DNA of 42,039 nucleotides from a virus (lineage: Duplodnaviria; Heunggongvirae; Uroviricota; Caudoviricetes), in IMG/VR virus record IMGVR_UViG_2740892429_000003; one strand, 5' to 3'. This document shows, piece by piece, positions 19,539 through 29,363 of the stretch (position 1 is the stretch's first letter; each line of letters starts with the position of its first letter). The translations under genes were made by a program, and so were the position numbers. The notes beneath the pieces are model-generated. The model did not search any database and was not told the DNA's origin. It saw only the letters and a program-made list of their open reading frames with translations.

Positions 19539-20856
19539 TCTCTATGTCCTCGTCGGTAATGGATGCCCCGATGCCGGTTACGTCAGAATTTTCGCGCAAA
19601 TCAGTCATAGCGGCTTTCAGTGTCATCAGACCATCACCCAGCGCCGTACTGATTGCGTTGGTGGTGTTTAACGCCACCGTTGAGCGATCGACATCAGACA
19701 TTTGCCAGAGCGGGTTAAACTCAAACGTGAAATCATCCGGGAGCGGCTTGCCAAGTTCCGAACGATGCATGATGTCCAGTATCCGCCGCACCGGAAGACG
19801 TAAACGCCTCTCCTGCAACGAGCTTACCCGGTCGTAATAGTTGGCAAGGTCTGCATCGCCGGTAGAAAATCCCTTCGGGGACTGTCCGAACAACCGCACC
19901 AGTGGGATACCAACAGCGCCACTAATCTGTTCTGCAAACTGTGAAAGGATGTCATCCAGACCACTGAAGCTGTACTGATGGGTTTCAAACTTATCCCGCG
20001 AGTCCATGAGAGTCATGCCTTCATTGCTCTGGAACTGTCGAATCAGGTCAATATTCTTCAGCAACGCTTCATACGCAGGACCACCAAGTGCGATAAGCTC
20101 GCGTAGCTTCTCCACGCTGTAGGTACGCAAATGCGCTTTGTAGACCAGCTGCGCCGCGCCGACAGTAGCGCTGTCGAACGCGGTAAGACGATCCCAGATA
20201 CGCTCTACAACCGACATTCCCCATTCGTTCTCGGTCATCTTCTGCTGAAATGGCAGCGTGACGCCATCAAAGCGAATCAGGCGACTGTGATGAATGCGCC
20301 AGGCAGGAATTCCCGTTGCTGTGGTCACCACATCGTAAAACTCAGGTTTACCCAGGTCCGGCCCCATATCTTTAATGCGGCGGGTCAGTACCGGGTCGGT
20401 CATCCAGCGGTCGAGCGGGAGAATCCCCTTAAACTTGCCCTTACCGATTGTTTCGGGTCGCAGCGGGGTCATTGGTGCCTGCCCCTCAATCATGATGAAA
20501 CCCACCGCGCCGCCGTAGAGGCGCGACCATTTCAGCACGTCATTCAGCGCATCCCAGATTTGCAACTCATCCAGTTGTGATTCGAGAATGCCACGATCTT
20601 TTGCATCAATTTCCGAAGTGATGCGAATGCCTTTGCGGGTCATATCATCCGGGATAGCATCGACTGCTTCGCCGATGATCCAGGATGAACGATAGGACCA
20701 TTCCACCAACATGCGGTTACGACTGGTGAAATTAGCCCGGTAGGTGGATGCTGAGTGCTGGTTAGGTGTCTGCATCCCTACGCGGGCAATAAAATTCTCA
20801 TAACCATCAGCTGTGGCCTGCGCAGTTCGCCGCAGGGCTTGTTTGTTTCGTGCCAT
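19390..20856 (-). CDS. Portal protein
   Basis: 488 aa directly downstream of large terminase. Confidence 0.65.
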   Translation of the reverse strand: MARNKQALRRTAQATADGYENFIARVGMQTPNQHSASTYRANFTSRNRMLVEWSYRSSWIIGEAVDAIPDDMTRKGIRITSEIDAKDRGILESQLDELQIWDALNDVLKWSRLYGGAVGFIMIEGQAPMTPLRPETIGKGKFKGILPLDRWMTDPVLTRRIKDMGPDLGKPEFYDVVTTATGIPAWRIHHSRLIRFDGVTLPFQQKMTENEWGMSVVERIWDRLTAFDSATVGAAQLVYKAHLRTYSVEKLRELIALGGPAYEALLKNIDLIRQFQSNEGMTLMDSRDKFETHQYSFSGLDDILSQFAEQISGAVGIPLVRLFGQSPKGFSTGDADLANYYDRVSSLQERRLRLPVRRILDIMHRSELGKPLPDDFTFEFNPLWQMSDVDRSTVALNTTNAISTALGDGLMTLKAAMTDLRENSDVTGIGASITDEDIENAEDEAPPGIGEPDDEPQEPSGGNPLSNQPTQDSAGGRRHRKWSLRWFK

Positions 20857-22478
20857 CAGGCCTGTCTCCCTAGCAGCTCCCAGATGTTCAGGGCTGAATT
20901 CATTGGGGCATAGTTGATCATCACCGAGTCGGCAAGGTTTGGCGATCGGGTTCCATCAGGCTGTTTATCAATAACGATTTTTCCCACACCATTAATGGAA
21001 TAGGTCGGCTGCGAAAGCTCGATGATGAGTTTATCTTTGAGTGCCATGCTACTGCTGATTGAGATGATTTCGTCCGGGTTGTAAGCCATACCTTCAACCA
21101 CGGCGCGCCAGGTATTCTGAAAAAGTTTACGTAACCGCCACCAGCTCTGGGCTTTGGCGTTAGCGAAGAAGTCCTTGTTCAGACGTGCGGCTTGCCCGTT
21201 GTCCCCGCGAACAGCTTCATCATCCTGATCAAATACCGCGCCACTACCTCGAAACGGTGTGGCAAGTATTGACGGTCGACGCGCAGCGTTACGCAGTTCG
21301 TTGATAGCGCGTGCATCGCCGCGAACGCCAGCGCCCAGCCCGTCCTCGTCAAAGCGAAACTCTTCGAGGTTGTCCTGTTCGCAAAAGCCGAAAACCTTCT
21401 CGACGGACTGATAAATGTCGCTGCCCACACCGGACCATTCCCGCACATTTTCCAGGAGGAAGCCATGACGGGTGGAAAAGGCATTTTTGTCCCTGCCTTC
21501 GTCGGCGACATCCATCGCGCCAAGTCGTTTGCCTGTTGGCTGGATACCCAGTTTGATATGCGCATCAACGGCAGCCTGTACCCATTCGGATGGAATCAGA
21601 ACGCCTTCCGCTGATGCGCTGTAGTTCAGATCAAGTTCCTGTGCCACCACCACCGGATTATCGATTTTCTCGCATTCCCTGCGATACCACTCTTCATCCT
21701 TGCGAGGATCATCCCGCCAGTGGAATGTGAATACCGGTATCTTCCCGCCATGACGCTTCTGAGCGAACGGGTTAGCCATGCCGTTAACTGAACTCAGGTC
21801 GATACGGCAACGCGTCGTTTGTGACAACGCCGCATCAATCAGCAGAGGACGCTGAAGGAATGCAGCCTCATCAACCAGATAAAGCGTGGTACGGTCACCA
21901 CGACCAATATTATCGCCAGCCTCGCCTTTGATAACGGCACCAGTTTCAGGAAACTCAACACGCATATATGGCGCGTGCTTCTTCTCACTCCACGAACCGC
22001 GAAACTCTACAGGTAGCGTTTCCACGAACTTGCGTGCCTTCCAGAACAATGCTTTCGGGTCACCAGTGCTGTCGACGTATTCCTCTTTACGGGAGCCGAA
22101 ACCGATAACCATTTCTTTGTTGAAGAGACAAAGCGAGCAGGCCAGTCCGATCGCGGTCCAACTGAGCCCCATTTCACGGGATTTTTCGGTAATACCATTC
22201 TCCCGATTGCCCCAGCGTTCCATAATCCAGTGGATCCACTCCTCCTGCTTAGGGAAGAGTAAAAACGGAATGGTCACCGGCAGGCCATAATCAATATTAC
22301 GCGGGTCCGTTGTCATGCCCCAGTCGATGATGAACTGAGCCGGATTGGTTCGGTAAAACTGCTTCAATACGGGCAATATTTCAGGATTCTGGCGAATGCG
22401 CTGTAGGCGTTCCATCCGCCATTCAAAAACCATCTGGTAATCAGGATGTTTAAAATCGAAGGGGAATGGTAACGGCAT
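20856..22478 (-). CDS. Terminase large subunit
   Basis: 540 aa; position after small terminase, ATPase/nuclease-like composition (LYLVDEAAF Walker B-like). Confidence 0.8.
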   Translation of the reverse strand: MPLPFPFDFKHPDYQMVFEWRMERLQRIRQNPEILPVLKQFYRTNPAQFIIDWGMTTDPRNIDYGLPVTIPFLLFPKQEEWIHWIMERWGNRENGITEKSREMGLSWTAIGLACSLCLFNKEMVIGFGSRKEEYVDSTGDPKALFWKARKFVETLPVEFRGSWSEKKHAPYMRVEFPETGAVIKGEAGDNIGRGDRTTLYLVDEAAFLQRPLLIDAALSQTTRCRIDLSSVNGMANPFAQKRHGGKIPVFTFHWRDDPRKDEEWYRRECEKIDNPVVVAQELDLNYSASAEGVLIPSEWVQAAVDAHIKLGIQPTGKRLGAMDVADEGRDKNAFSTRHGFLLENVREWSGVGSDIYQSVEKVFGFCEQDNLEEFRFDEDGLGAGVRGDARAINELRNAARRPSILATPFRGSGAVFDQDDEAVRGDNGQAARLNKDFFANAKAQSWWRLRKLFQNTWRAVVEGMAYNPDEIISISSSMALKDKLIIELSQPTYSINGVGKIVIDKQPDGTRSPNLADSVMINYAPMNSALNIWELLGRQA

Positions 22479-22480
22479 AC

Positions 22481-23053
22481 TTAGCCCATCATTTTTCTAT
22501 ACGCCTCTGCAGCCTGCTCCGGCGTTAAGTTGGTAATTTCTGTTCTGACGGGTCCTCCATCAGCGCCAGTCACTTCATTTTTGACGTTGTCTTTAAACGC
22601 CTGAACAGAAACATGACGCCCAAGCAACTCAAGGTTTTTAACCTTATCAGGCCACTTAATCTTTTTAAGGATCCCGACCATTTCTCTGTCATCTCCTCGC
22701 CCCTCAAACATTTCAGCGAGGTTAAATCCACTCAGGTACCGACGCCACGATTCCGGCCACGCAGACAGAGGCTTAATACTTAAATCGTCCTCCAGGATGT
22801 CAGCCACATCGAGCCTGTCGATCTCAACCAGTCGCATCAGCACATAATTCGCATCAATGCCCAGTTGATCAATACGCTCCTGCTTTAGCTCGTTAATACG
22901 GGCGCGTATCTCAGGTTTACCGTATAGTTCAGCCCCCGTAACATGTGCTCGCCTGGAGACGTAGCCTGCGCGAATAGCTGCTTGTGTAGCATTCAGATCG
23001 ACAAGAAACTCGCGACAAAACACCTCGTGTTTTGCTTTCAGCTTCTTAGTCAT
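22481..23053 (-). CDS. Terminase small subunit
   Basis: 190 aa; N-terminal HTH-like motif ([20 protein letters not shown]) typical of small terminase. Confidence 0.75.
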   Translation of the reverse strand: MTKKLKAKHEVFCREFLVDLNATQAAIRAGYVSRRAHVTGAELYGKPEIRARINELKQERIDQLGIDANYVLMRLVEIDRLDVADILEDDLSIKPLSAWPESWRRYLSGFNLAEMFEGRGDDREMVGILKKIKWPDKVKNLELLGRHVSVQAFKDNVKNEVTGADGGPVRTEITNLTPEQAAEAYRKMMG

Positions 23054-23114
23054 TTTATTTTCCAGTTATCAGGTCATTATCGAAGCCCCTCCTGGAAGAG
23101 CTTCTGTAATGCTA

Positions 23115-23639
23115 TTACCGGGACTGTTCTATTTGTCGGACACCAGCCAACTGGTTATTCGCCTTCTCGATGGCTGCCAACAGTGGGTTAATCCACAGAA
23201 CAGCCTGGCAATATGTCAACGTTCTGGTGGTAGTGGCACGATCACCGGCTGGGTCAATGTACCCGGAATCGGCGTGCACTGAGCTGGCGCGTAAACGGTT
23301 CGCGTAGTTGAGCAACCCGACAGCAATATCAGCAGGAACAGGGAAATCACAGTTCTTTTCACGGAGCAGAACCTCACGGTATTTGATGACTGTCTTCTCG
23401 TGACCGATGTCGACCAGAGAATTTAATCGGCTTGCGTTTTCTGCTATCTGGTTAAAACGATTGAAGTTGAATGCCTGATTAGCTATCACTTTCCCTTGAT
23501 ATTCAGCTTCACCTTCCGCTTTATCAGCCCGCAACTTTTCTGCCTGATACTTGCTGTAGTAATGGTTTGCAAACCAGACGAGCGCCCCAAAGGCAGTGAA
23601 GAAAAATGCCGCGATGACAATCTTATAAGTCAGCTTCAT
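23115..23639 (-). CDS. Rz: Rz-type i-spanin
   Basis: 174 aa; N-terminal TM helix plus WFANHY motif (lambda Rz WAVNHY) and coiled-coil; overlaps endolysin 3' end. Confidence 0.7.
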   Translation of the reverse strand: MKLTYKIVIAAFFFTAFGALVWFANHYYSKYQAEKLRADKAEGEAEYQGKVIANQAFNFNRFNQIAENASRLNSLVDIGHEKTVIKYREVLLREKNCDFPVPADIAVGLLNYANRLRASSVHADSGYIDPAGDRATTTRTLTYCQAVLWINPLLAAIEKANNQLAGVRQIEQSR

Positions 23640-24099
23640 TTACCACCCCACCAGCATCTTTAAACCTGGAAATCAGGTCACCGATTTTATGTTCATACTG
23701 ACCGTAACCTGCACCAGGTAACGACGCCCAGATATTGCTGCAACGGTCGATTGCCTGACGAATATCGCCACGGTCAATCATCGGTAAAGCGCCACGCTCT
23801 TTAATCTGCTGCAGCGCCACAGCGTCCTGACTTTCTGGCGAAAAATCTTTCAGGCCAAGCTGCTTGCGGTAGGCATCCCACCAGCGTGAAAGAAGCTGAT
23901 ACCGGCCTGCGGCTGTTGATTTAAGCTTCGGGTTTAGCGTGACAAGTTTGCAAGGGTGATCGGAGTAATCAGTGAACAACTCACCTCCGACGATAACGTC
24001 ATAACCGTGATTACGTGTCGGTTGTCGCCCGTTATCCGTTCCTTCTGACCATGCCACCATATCCAGGAAAGCTTTACGTTGGGAATTTAGTGTCTGCAT
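23623..24099 (-). CDS. R: Endolysin, lambda R-type lytic transglycosylase
   Basis: 158 aa nearly colinear with lambda R (QRKAFLDM-AWSEGTDNGRQ-TRNHGYDVIVGGELFTDYSDHP-KLVTLNPKLKST-AGRYQLLSRWWDAYRKQLGLKDFSP). Confidence 0.9.
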   Translation of the reverse strand: MQTLNSQRKAFLDMVAWSEGTDNGRQPTRNHGYDVIVGGELFTDYSDHPCKLVTLNPKLKSTAAGRYQLLSRWWDAYRKQLGLKDFSPESQDAVALQQIKERGALPMIDRGDIRQAIDRCSNIWASLPGAGYGQYEHKIGDLISRFKDAGGVVNEADL

Positions 24100-24102
24100 G
24101 AA

Positions 24103-24462
24103 TTACTCCTTAGAGCCACCAAACTTGTTACCGATTACTCGCATTGCAGCCCCACGAATAGCATCGACACCGATCAGCCCAACACCACCACCAATGGCAA
24201 CAGAAAGAGATTTAGGCCATCCAACATACTCAAGAGCGGATGCAAAGGTCAGCGTCAGAGCACCACAGAGCAAAATCTCAAGCGTTTTTCGTTTCCAGCC
24301 GCCGCCACCGCCAAAATAGGCAATGCGCAAGCCAGCCATAACAATTGACATAACCACTGCGCCCAACGGCGTATCTCCACGCCACCAACTTTGTAAGAGT
24401 TCCAGTAAGTCAGGCCAGGAATGAGGAGCATTGTGCATTTTCATACTTCCCACCTCCGCCAT
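24103..24462 (-). CDS. Holin (possible dual-start)
   Basis: 119 aa with hydrophobic helices, directly upstream of endolysin; N-terminus contains an MKM motif reminiscent of lambda S dual start; true start may be the internal MKM. Confidence 0.6.
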   Translation of the reverse strand: MAEVGSMKMHNAPHSWPDLLELLQSWWRGDTPLGAVVMSIVMAGLRIAYFGGGGGWKRKTLEILLCGALTLTFASALEYVGWPKSLSVAIGGGVGLIGVDAIRGAAMRVIGNKFGGSKE

Positions 24463-24543
24463 TACGGGGTGTTGTTGAAAGGCGGGCCCTGCGTATACGC
24501 CCGTAGGATTGGGTTATGAGCCGTCCTTCGGTGGGCCCTGAAT

Positions 24544-24568
24544 ACAAAAAAAGTTCGCCATAGCGAAC
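24544..24568 (-). terminator. tR'-like rho-independent terminator in late leader (minus strand)
   Basis: Stem GTTCGC-tatg-GCGAAC followed on minus strand by TTTTTTT; lies between Q-like gene and holin as in lambda pR'/tR'. Confidence 0.5.
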
Positions 24569-24847
24569 CTTGTTAAATTTGTTAAAAAAGGAAGTTATTT
24601 AACATAATGTATGTTATAGGAACCACACGATCACCGCTCGCAATAGATTTGCGATGAAAGGCCTATTTAATCAACTTAAGTGGTCCAGAATGACGAAATT
24701 CGAGTGAATAAGAGGTGCATAAAAAAGGGCAAAAACTGCATAGCGTTTTTTCGCGACGAAAACCCTGTTTTATTAACTTTTACTGAGAATAGAGCATTAA
24801 AAAAGCCCCAATGATTTGGAGCTCTTCGTTGAGGTCAGAAATTCAAC

Positions 24848-25282
24848 TCATACCAGCGTAGCGCAGTTTTTGCGTAGCGCACTAATACTTTTTTCATCCC
24901 TTTGAATTTCGACCTCAGGATCCATCTGAAGGCTCACACCCAGCATGCAGAGACACCCCTCAATGAATCCCTCTGCTACCTGCAACTGCTGGCGGATAAA
25001 TCCTTCAGAACAGCGACGCCGCCGCCCTATCTCACGTTTGCTTAACCCGTAGACGTAGTACAGCATAATGACGTCCAGTTCCTCAGGCTTACGGACCTGC
25101 TGCAGCCGACAGACGCAAGCATCGATAATCAGGCCATCGTCGTCACAGCAACTCAGCCTGCCAGGCGAGCTGCTGACTACCAGCCCTTTAAATCCCGCCG
25201 CTATTGGAGCCCAGCTCACTGTGGTGTTGCTATCGGCAGCCCATCCACCCCAGCGCTCTAAAACCTGTTGAATATTACGCAT
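24848..25282 (-). CDS. Late-gene antiterminator Q-like protein
   Basis: 144 aa, Cys-rich (CCDDDGLIIDACVC), located immediately upstream of lysis cassette and its leader terminator. Confidence 0.6.
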   Translation of the reverse strand: MRNIQQVLERWGGWAADSNTTVSWAPIAAGFKGLVVSSSPGRLSCCDDDGLIIDACVCRLQQVRKPEELDVIMLYYVYGLSKREIGRRRRCSEGFIRQQLQVAEGFIEGCLCMLGVSLQMDPEVEIQRDEKSISALRKNCATLV

Positions 25283-25410
25283 AGCTCTGACCTCTACGTT
25301 TTGCTACGAAAAATTTTTCTGAGAACTACGTCTGTTTATCCGTGGGTGTGGATAACGCAGTTCCGATTCGCTTATTACACGCTGTTATGTGCAAAAAATT
25401 CCTTGTTCGG

Positions 25411-25593
25411 CCTGTACCAGCCTGTACCCACCTGTACCAGCTCTTTTCAAACCTTTTCCCCAAGCGACTTATATATATATATGGGGTTCTTAGTAATTAG
25501 GTTGGTACAGTTGGTACAGTTGGTACTGACCTTTAAATTCAATTAGTTAAAATGTACCAACCTCTATTTTGAAGCTGGTACAGGTTGGGACAC
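25411..25593. repeat. Iteron cluster / putative replication origin
   Basis: CCTGTACC x3 direct at 25411, 25421, 25431; (AT)6 at 25471..25482; inverted TTGGTACAG x3 at 25502..25528 plus degenerate and further copies to 25593. Confidence 0.65.
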
Positions 25594-27756
25594 CGCCTCA
25601 AAAATTCGAGTCATTTTTCCGTCAACACGACGTTGAACGCGCTTATACCCGCAATTTTGCAAAACATTACTAATTCGCATTTCTTCGCGTTTTCCGATGC
25701 GGTCAGGATTTAGCCCAATCGCATCACGCAAAACATCACTTGCGCGTAAAAATTCGCAATTTCGCGGAAGTTCATTAGTCATCAGGTCGGGCGTGTCGAG
25801 CCATTTCTCTACCGTTTCAAGCCAAGCATCCTTGATGGTGTACTGTTCATGGACACTCGCTGCCAGTTGTTCAGCCTCACGGAACTGGATACCCCCCAGA
25901 CGCTGAAACACCTCACGAGCCTCAGCCCAAAGTAAAAGGAGATCTCTTTTTATCGCTTTCACGTCGACTTTCGACACTTCCACGGGGAGCCAGCGACGGT
26001 TACCAGTCTTGTCCGCAAGGAATTCGTCCTCATTGGTGGTACCAACGAACACCAGGCGACGAGGAAACTGGGTGGCAAACTCCCGGTATTTCGGGATCCA
26101 GTTTTCGTGAGTACGCGTCACAAACGCTTTGATTGACTCCAGCTCTTTGGTATTAAGTCCGCGCAGTTCACCAATCTCTGCCACCAGCCGACCACGCATT
26201 TTTCGAGCGAGATCATCGTCTTTTTCGGCAAAAGAGATTTCAGTAAAAAACGCAGGATCAGGGCTCAGTGCCTCCACTCCGGAAGACTTACCGCAGCCCT
26301 GCGGACCAACGAGGATAGGCACCATATCCGCTTTGATGCCTGGCTCCAGTACTCGCCCCGCCAACGCGGTCCACATGTACATAGACACCGCACGGGTATA
26401 AGGCGTGTCGGCGGTACCGAAGTGCGTATGGTAGAAACATTCGATGCGCGGCACGCCATCCCACTCCAGTCCGTTCAGCCAGGTGATCGCTGAATCGAAT
26501 GGTTGTTCATCGGCTGCAAGTAACACCACATCGCGAATAAGTTCACGACCAACAGGTTTAAATCCCCGCTTTTCCATCGTGATGCGCAGGCGCGAATAAT
26601 CCGCATCGGTGAATGCCCGCCATTGTCCGGATCCTGCAGGGGCAAACATGATTTCGTCACGGAACTGGTCAAAGCGAATATCGATGTCCACAAAATCAGG
26701 GCGTACTACTGCTTTGGCTGCGTTGCTGATGGTTGCCTCGATACGCCCCCATTTATCACGCTCGAAAGCCGGCAGCGGTAAAGGTTCCGCCACTTCGGTG
26801 CAGGTCAGATCTTCGAAATCGTCGTTGCGGATCCCGATGGCATTAAGGAAATCTCCGTCATCACGATGCGCACAACTGGCATGCAGGCATTTAAAATGCC
26901 CCTGCTCAAAACCCGCGGTCCCCGCAGGAAAATAAACTGTGCTTGTCGGATCGCCCCCGCTACTGTGGCCGTCTTCAAACGGGCAGCGGATATATCGTTC
27001 ACCGTTTGCACCATCCAGCAGCGTCCAGCCATTGGCATCAAGATATTCAGCTGTATCATCCGTCGCGCCGGGCGTGAATGCTGAACGGTCGCGCATCTTC
27101 GTGTTGCCCGCTTCGGTGGTTACCGACACAGGGAGTTGTTCAGCCAGGCGCTGCCACAGCGTTTCAAGCTGCTCACCTGTAATAGCCGGAGGTTCATCCG
27201 GCAAACCACCGTCCCATTTAATACGCGCGCCGCTGCTGTGCGTACCACAGGCAACGAACTGCTGCCCGTTCGCCAGCAACTCGATAATGCCCATATCCCC
27301 CGCCAAGCGATGGATACGCTTACGGAAATCACCATCAACGGCCAGCAGATACAGACACTTATTACTGTTTGCTCGCCAGCGTCGCGGCGGCAACTCACCC
27401 AGAAGTTGCACAAGTGTTTTGCGAATATCTGCCTGAATGTCTTCATCTTCGCTATCGCAGTCCAGCGCCAGCCAGCCATGGCCTGTACGCACGCAGATGC
27501 CATAATCCGGTTCATTCGACCAGCGGGCAAAATCATGCTCAGTAACAACATGCCCGGTCCATTGAGCAATACCGGTGACCTGGCGGTCCCGGTTATAGCG
27601 ACTCGGCGTCTTACCCAGCGCTTTCAGTTTACTATCAGGGGATATGGTCGCACCGGGGTTACATACAACTGGCAGAAGATGATCAGTTCTCCCCAATACC
27701 AGGTCGAAATGAAACCACTCATCAGGCGTAGCTCCCCATGGTTTGCTATCGGACAT
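25564..27756 (-). CDS. Primase-helicase (PrimPol-like N-terminus, zinc motif, P4/VirE-type P-loop NTPase C-terminus)
   Basis: 730 aa; Walker A GPQGCGKSS; Cys/His cluster CPFEDGHSSGG...HFKCLHASCAH; ATG verified at 27754..27756. Confidence 0.8.
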   Translation of the reverse strand: MSDSKPWGATPDEWFHFDLVLGRTDHLLPVVCNPGATISPDSKLKALGKTPSRYNRDRQVTGIAQWTGHVVTEHDFARWSNEPDYGICVRTGHGWLALDCDSEDEDIQADIRKTLVQLLGELPPRRWRANSNKCLYLLAVDGDFRKRIHRLAGDMGIIELLANGQQFVACGTHSSGARIKWDGGLPDEPPAITGEQLETLWQRLAEQLPVSVTTEAGNTKMRDRSAFTPGATDDTAEYLDANGWTLLDGANGERYIRCPFEDGHSSGGDPTSTVYFPAGTAGFEQGHFKCLHASCAHRDDGDFLNAIGIRNDDFEDLTCTEVAEPLPLPAFERDKWGRIEATISNAAKAVVRPDFVDIDIRFDQFRDEIMFAPAGSGQWRAFTDADYSRLRITMEKRGFKPVGRELIRDVVLLAADEQPFDSAITWLNGLEWDGVPRIECFYHTHFGTADTPYTRAVSMYMWTALAGRVLEPGIKADMVPILVGPQGCGKSSGVEALSPDPAFFTEISFAEKDDDLARKMRGRLVAEIGELRGLNTKELESIKAFVTRTHENWIPKYREFATQFPRRLVFVGTTNEDEFLADKTGNRRWLPVEVSKVDVKAIKRDLLLLWAEAREVFQRLGGIQFREAEQLAASVHEQYTIKDAWLETVEKWLDTPDLMTNELPRNCEFLRASDVLRDAIGLNPDRIGKREEMRISNVLQNCGYKRVQRRVDGKMTRIFEAVSQPVPASK

Positions 27757-27759
27757 GGG

Positions 27760-27972
27760 TTAAGCCTTTTTATCGTTTTGTGAGCCATACAACAGCCAAT
27801 TAGGGTCGCAATCCAATGCGATAGACATTTCAAGAAGATAACGTGGCCGAGCAATAACACCACTTTCAATTCTGTTTATTGCCTGCTGGCTCACTCCTGT
27901 GAGCTCAGCCAACGTAACTTGCGTCATTTTGAGTTCTTTACGTCGTTCTTTTACTCGGGTCGCTAAGGTCAT
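27760..27972 (-). CDS. Cro-like HTH (XRE family) regulator
   Basis: 70 aa from ATG with GAGGTG SD (longest ORF begins at TTG 27990); HTH QVTLAELTGVSQQAINRIESG; divergent from CI-like gene. Confidence 0.7.
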   Translation of the reverse strand: MTLATRVKERRKELKMTQVTLAELTGVSQQAINRIESGVIARPRYLLEMSIALDCDPNWLLYGSQNDKKA

Positions 27973-28092
27973 TGCTTTCACCTCATACAATTTTAGTGGT
28001 ATTTAGCAACAACAAATGAGGTTTGTCAAATACAACAAAAATTGTTTTTAATGTGGGTATACACATTAATACAACCCAGAAGGACTAATCCC
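27973..28092. promoter_or_regulatory. Divergent promoter/operator region of the immunity switch
   Basis: AT-rich 120-bp spacer between divergently transcribed Cro-like and CI-like genes; individual operators not resolved. Confidence 0.5.
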
Positions 28093-28716
28093 ATGTCTCT
28101 CGCAGCCCGTTTTAAAGCACGTCGTTTGGAATTAGGAATGACTCAAGTGGAAGTAGCGAATTCTGCAGGGGTTAGCCAACAATCCATAGAATCCATCGAA
28201 AGTGGACGAACCAGAAAGCCACGCAATCTTCTGGATTTGGCTAAGGCCTTGAAATGTAGCCCAGACTGGCTACTGAACGGTAAAAATATTATGCCTCTCA
28301 CAGAGATAAGTACCAGACGCATACCTATATTAAGTTACGTTCAGGCAGGAGAGCTTACAGAAGCAAGAGACATAACAGATCTGACAGGGGAATTTGAATA
28401 TATTTTGGCAGACTCTGACATTCCAGAAACATGCTTCGCATTACGTATTGATGGCGACAGCATGCAACCAGAGTTTAAAGAAGGAGACATTGTTATCATC
28501 GATCCTGATCTATGTCCTGCACCAGGGGAGTTTGTTGTCGCCAAAAACGACGGTCACGAAGCTACATTTAAAAAATACCGTCCATTAGGAATCGGCATCG
28601 ACGACTTTGAATTAATCCCCCTAAATCCTGATTACCCTATTTTTCGTAGTGCAGATATGAACTTACAGATCATAGGTGTAATGATCGAACACCGTATTTA
28701 CCGCCGTAAACGTTAG
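28093..28716 (+). CDS. CI-like repressor (HTH + S24 LexA-type autopeptidase)
   Basis: 207 aa from ATG with AAGGA SD; HTH QVEVANSAGVSQQSIESIESG; Ala-Gly cleavage site (VQAGEL); catalytic Ser in GDSMQP and Lys in VVAK. Confidence 0.85.
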   Translation: MSLAARFKARRLELGMTQVEVANSAGVSQQSIESIESGRTRKPRNLLDLAKALKCSPDWLLNGKNIMPLTEISTRRIPILSYVQAGELTEARDITDLTGEFEYILADSDIPETCFALRIDGDSMQPEFKEGDIVIIDPDLCPAPGEFVVAKNDGHEATFKKYRPLGIGIDDFELIPLNPDYPIFRSADMNLQIIGVMIEHRIYRRKR

Positions 28717-29041
28717 TATTCCCACCGTAAATATCGGGAGGCGTAACAGCCTCCCTTACCCCATTTGTAAAGTCTTACAAATTAAATTCACTTAAATATC
28801 AATAAAGTAGTATTCACACCCCACAAAATACCACATTTGTGGTTTACACGATACAACTCAAATTGTATCTTTAACCACAAGTCGAACGGCGCGACTCTAA
28901 ACCATGCGTCGGGACCGTGGCGGGACAGGATGTCGGCAATACAGGTCAGTAAGTTCCCTTTGGGGTGCGGCGAAGCACTGTCTAATTAATACAAGTCGAA
29001 GCCGCCGAACCACCAAAGTGAACTGAATGAGGAATCACAAG

Positions 29042-29236
29042 ATGCCTAAATATAAACTGGTTAATGACCTGGCTATCGGCGACAAAATTGAATTCAGTGG
29101 AAAACGGATAATGGAGATTACCCAAAAAACTGATCGCGACCAGCATAACGTTAACCTGACTCTAGTTAACAAACATACAGGTTCTGCGACCAATACTTGT
29201 TTTAACCGAATGGATACCGTCGTCCTTCACCCATAA
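29042..29236 (+). CDS. Small hypothetical protein downstream of repressor (lysogeny-locus cargo position)
   Basis: 64 aa (MPKYKLVNDLAIGDK...), GAGGA SD; followed by terminator; occupies the rexAB-like position relative to cI. Confidence 0.45.
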   Translation: MPKYKLVNDLAIGDKIEFSGKRIMEITQKTDRDQHNVNLTLVNKHTGSATNTCFNRMDTVVLHP

Positions 29237-29278
29237 CAATCCTCTGAATCCTCCATGTAATTGCTGTGTGTAGCCTTT

Positions 29279-29305
29279 GCCCGCCTCAAGTGACGGGCTT
29301 TTTTA
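29279..29305 (+). terminator. Rho-independent terminator
   Basis: GCCCG-cctcaagtga-CGGGC followed by TTTTTTA. Confidence 0.7.
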
Positions 29306-29363
29306 TGTCTGAAAGCGCACTCGCAACAGCGCGCTCCCCGATATGAAAAAAGGAATACAACCG

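Noticed and set aside
23115-23639. Embedded Rz1 o-spanin within the Rz gene
   Set aside because: Expected by analogy with lambda, but I could not confidently locate a lipoprotein signal with lipobox in the +1 frame by eye, so it is not annotated.
24103-24462. Holin start at the first ATG versus internal MKM
   Set aside because: Both are possible and a dual-start arrangement is plausible; the longest ORF is kept because the sequence alone cannot resolve it.
25411-25537. Short tandem repeats that might suggest a CRISPR array
   Set aside because: Repeat units are only 8-10 bp with no intervening unique spacers and no cas genes; they fit iterons, not CRISPR.
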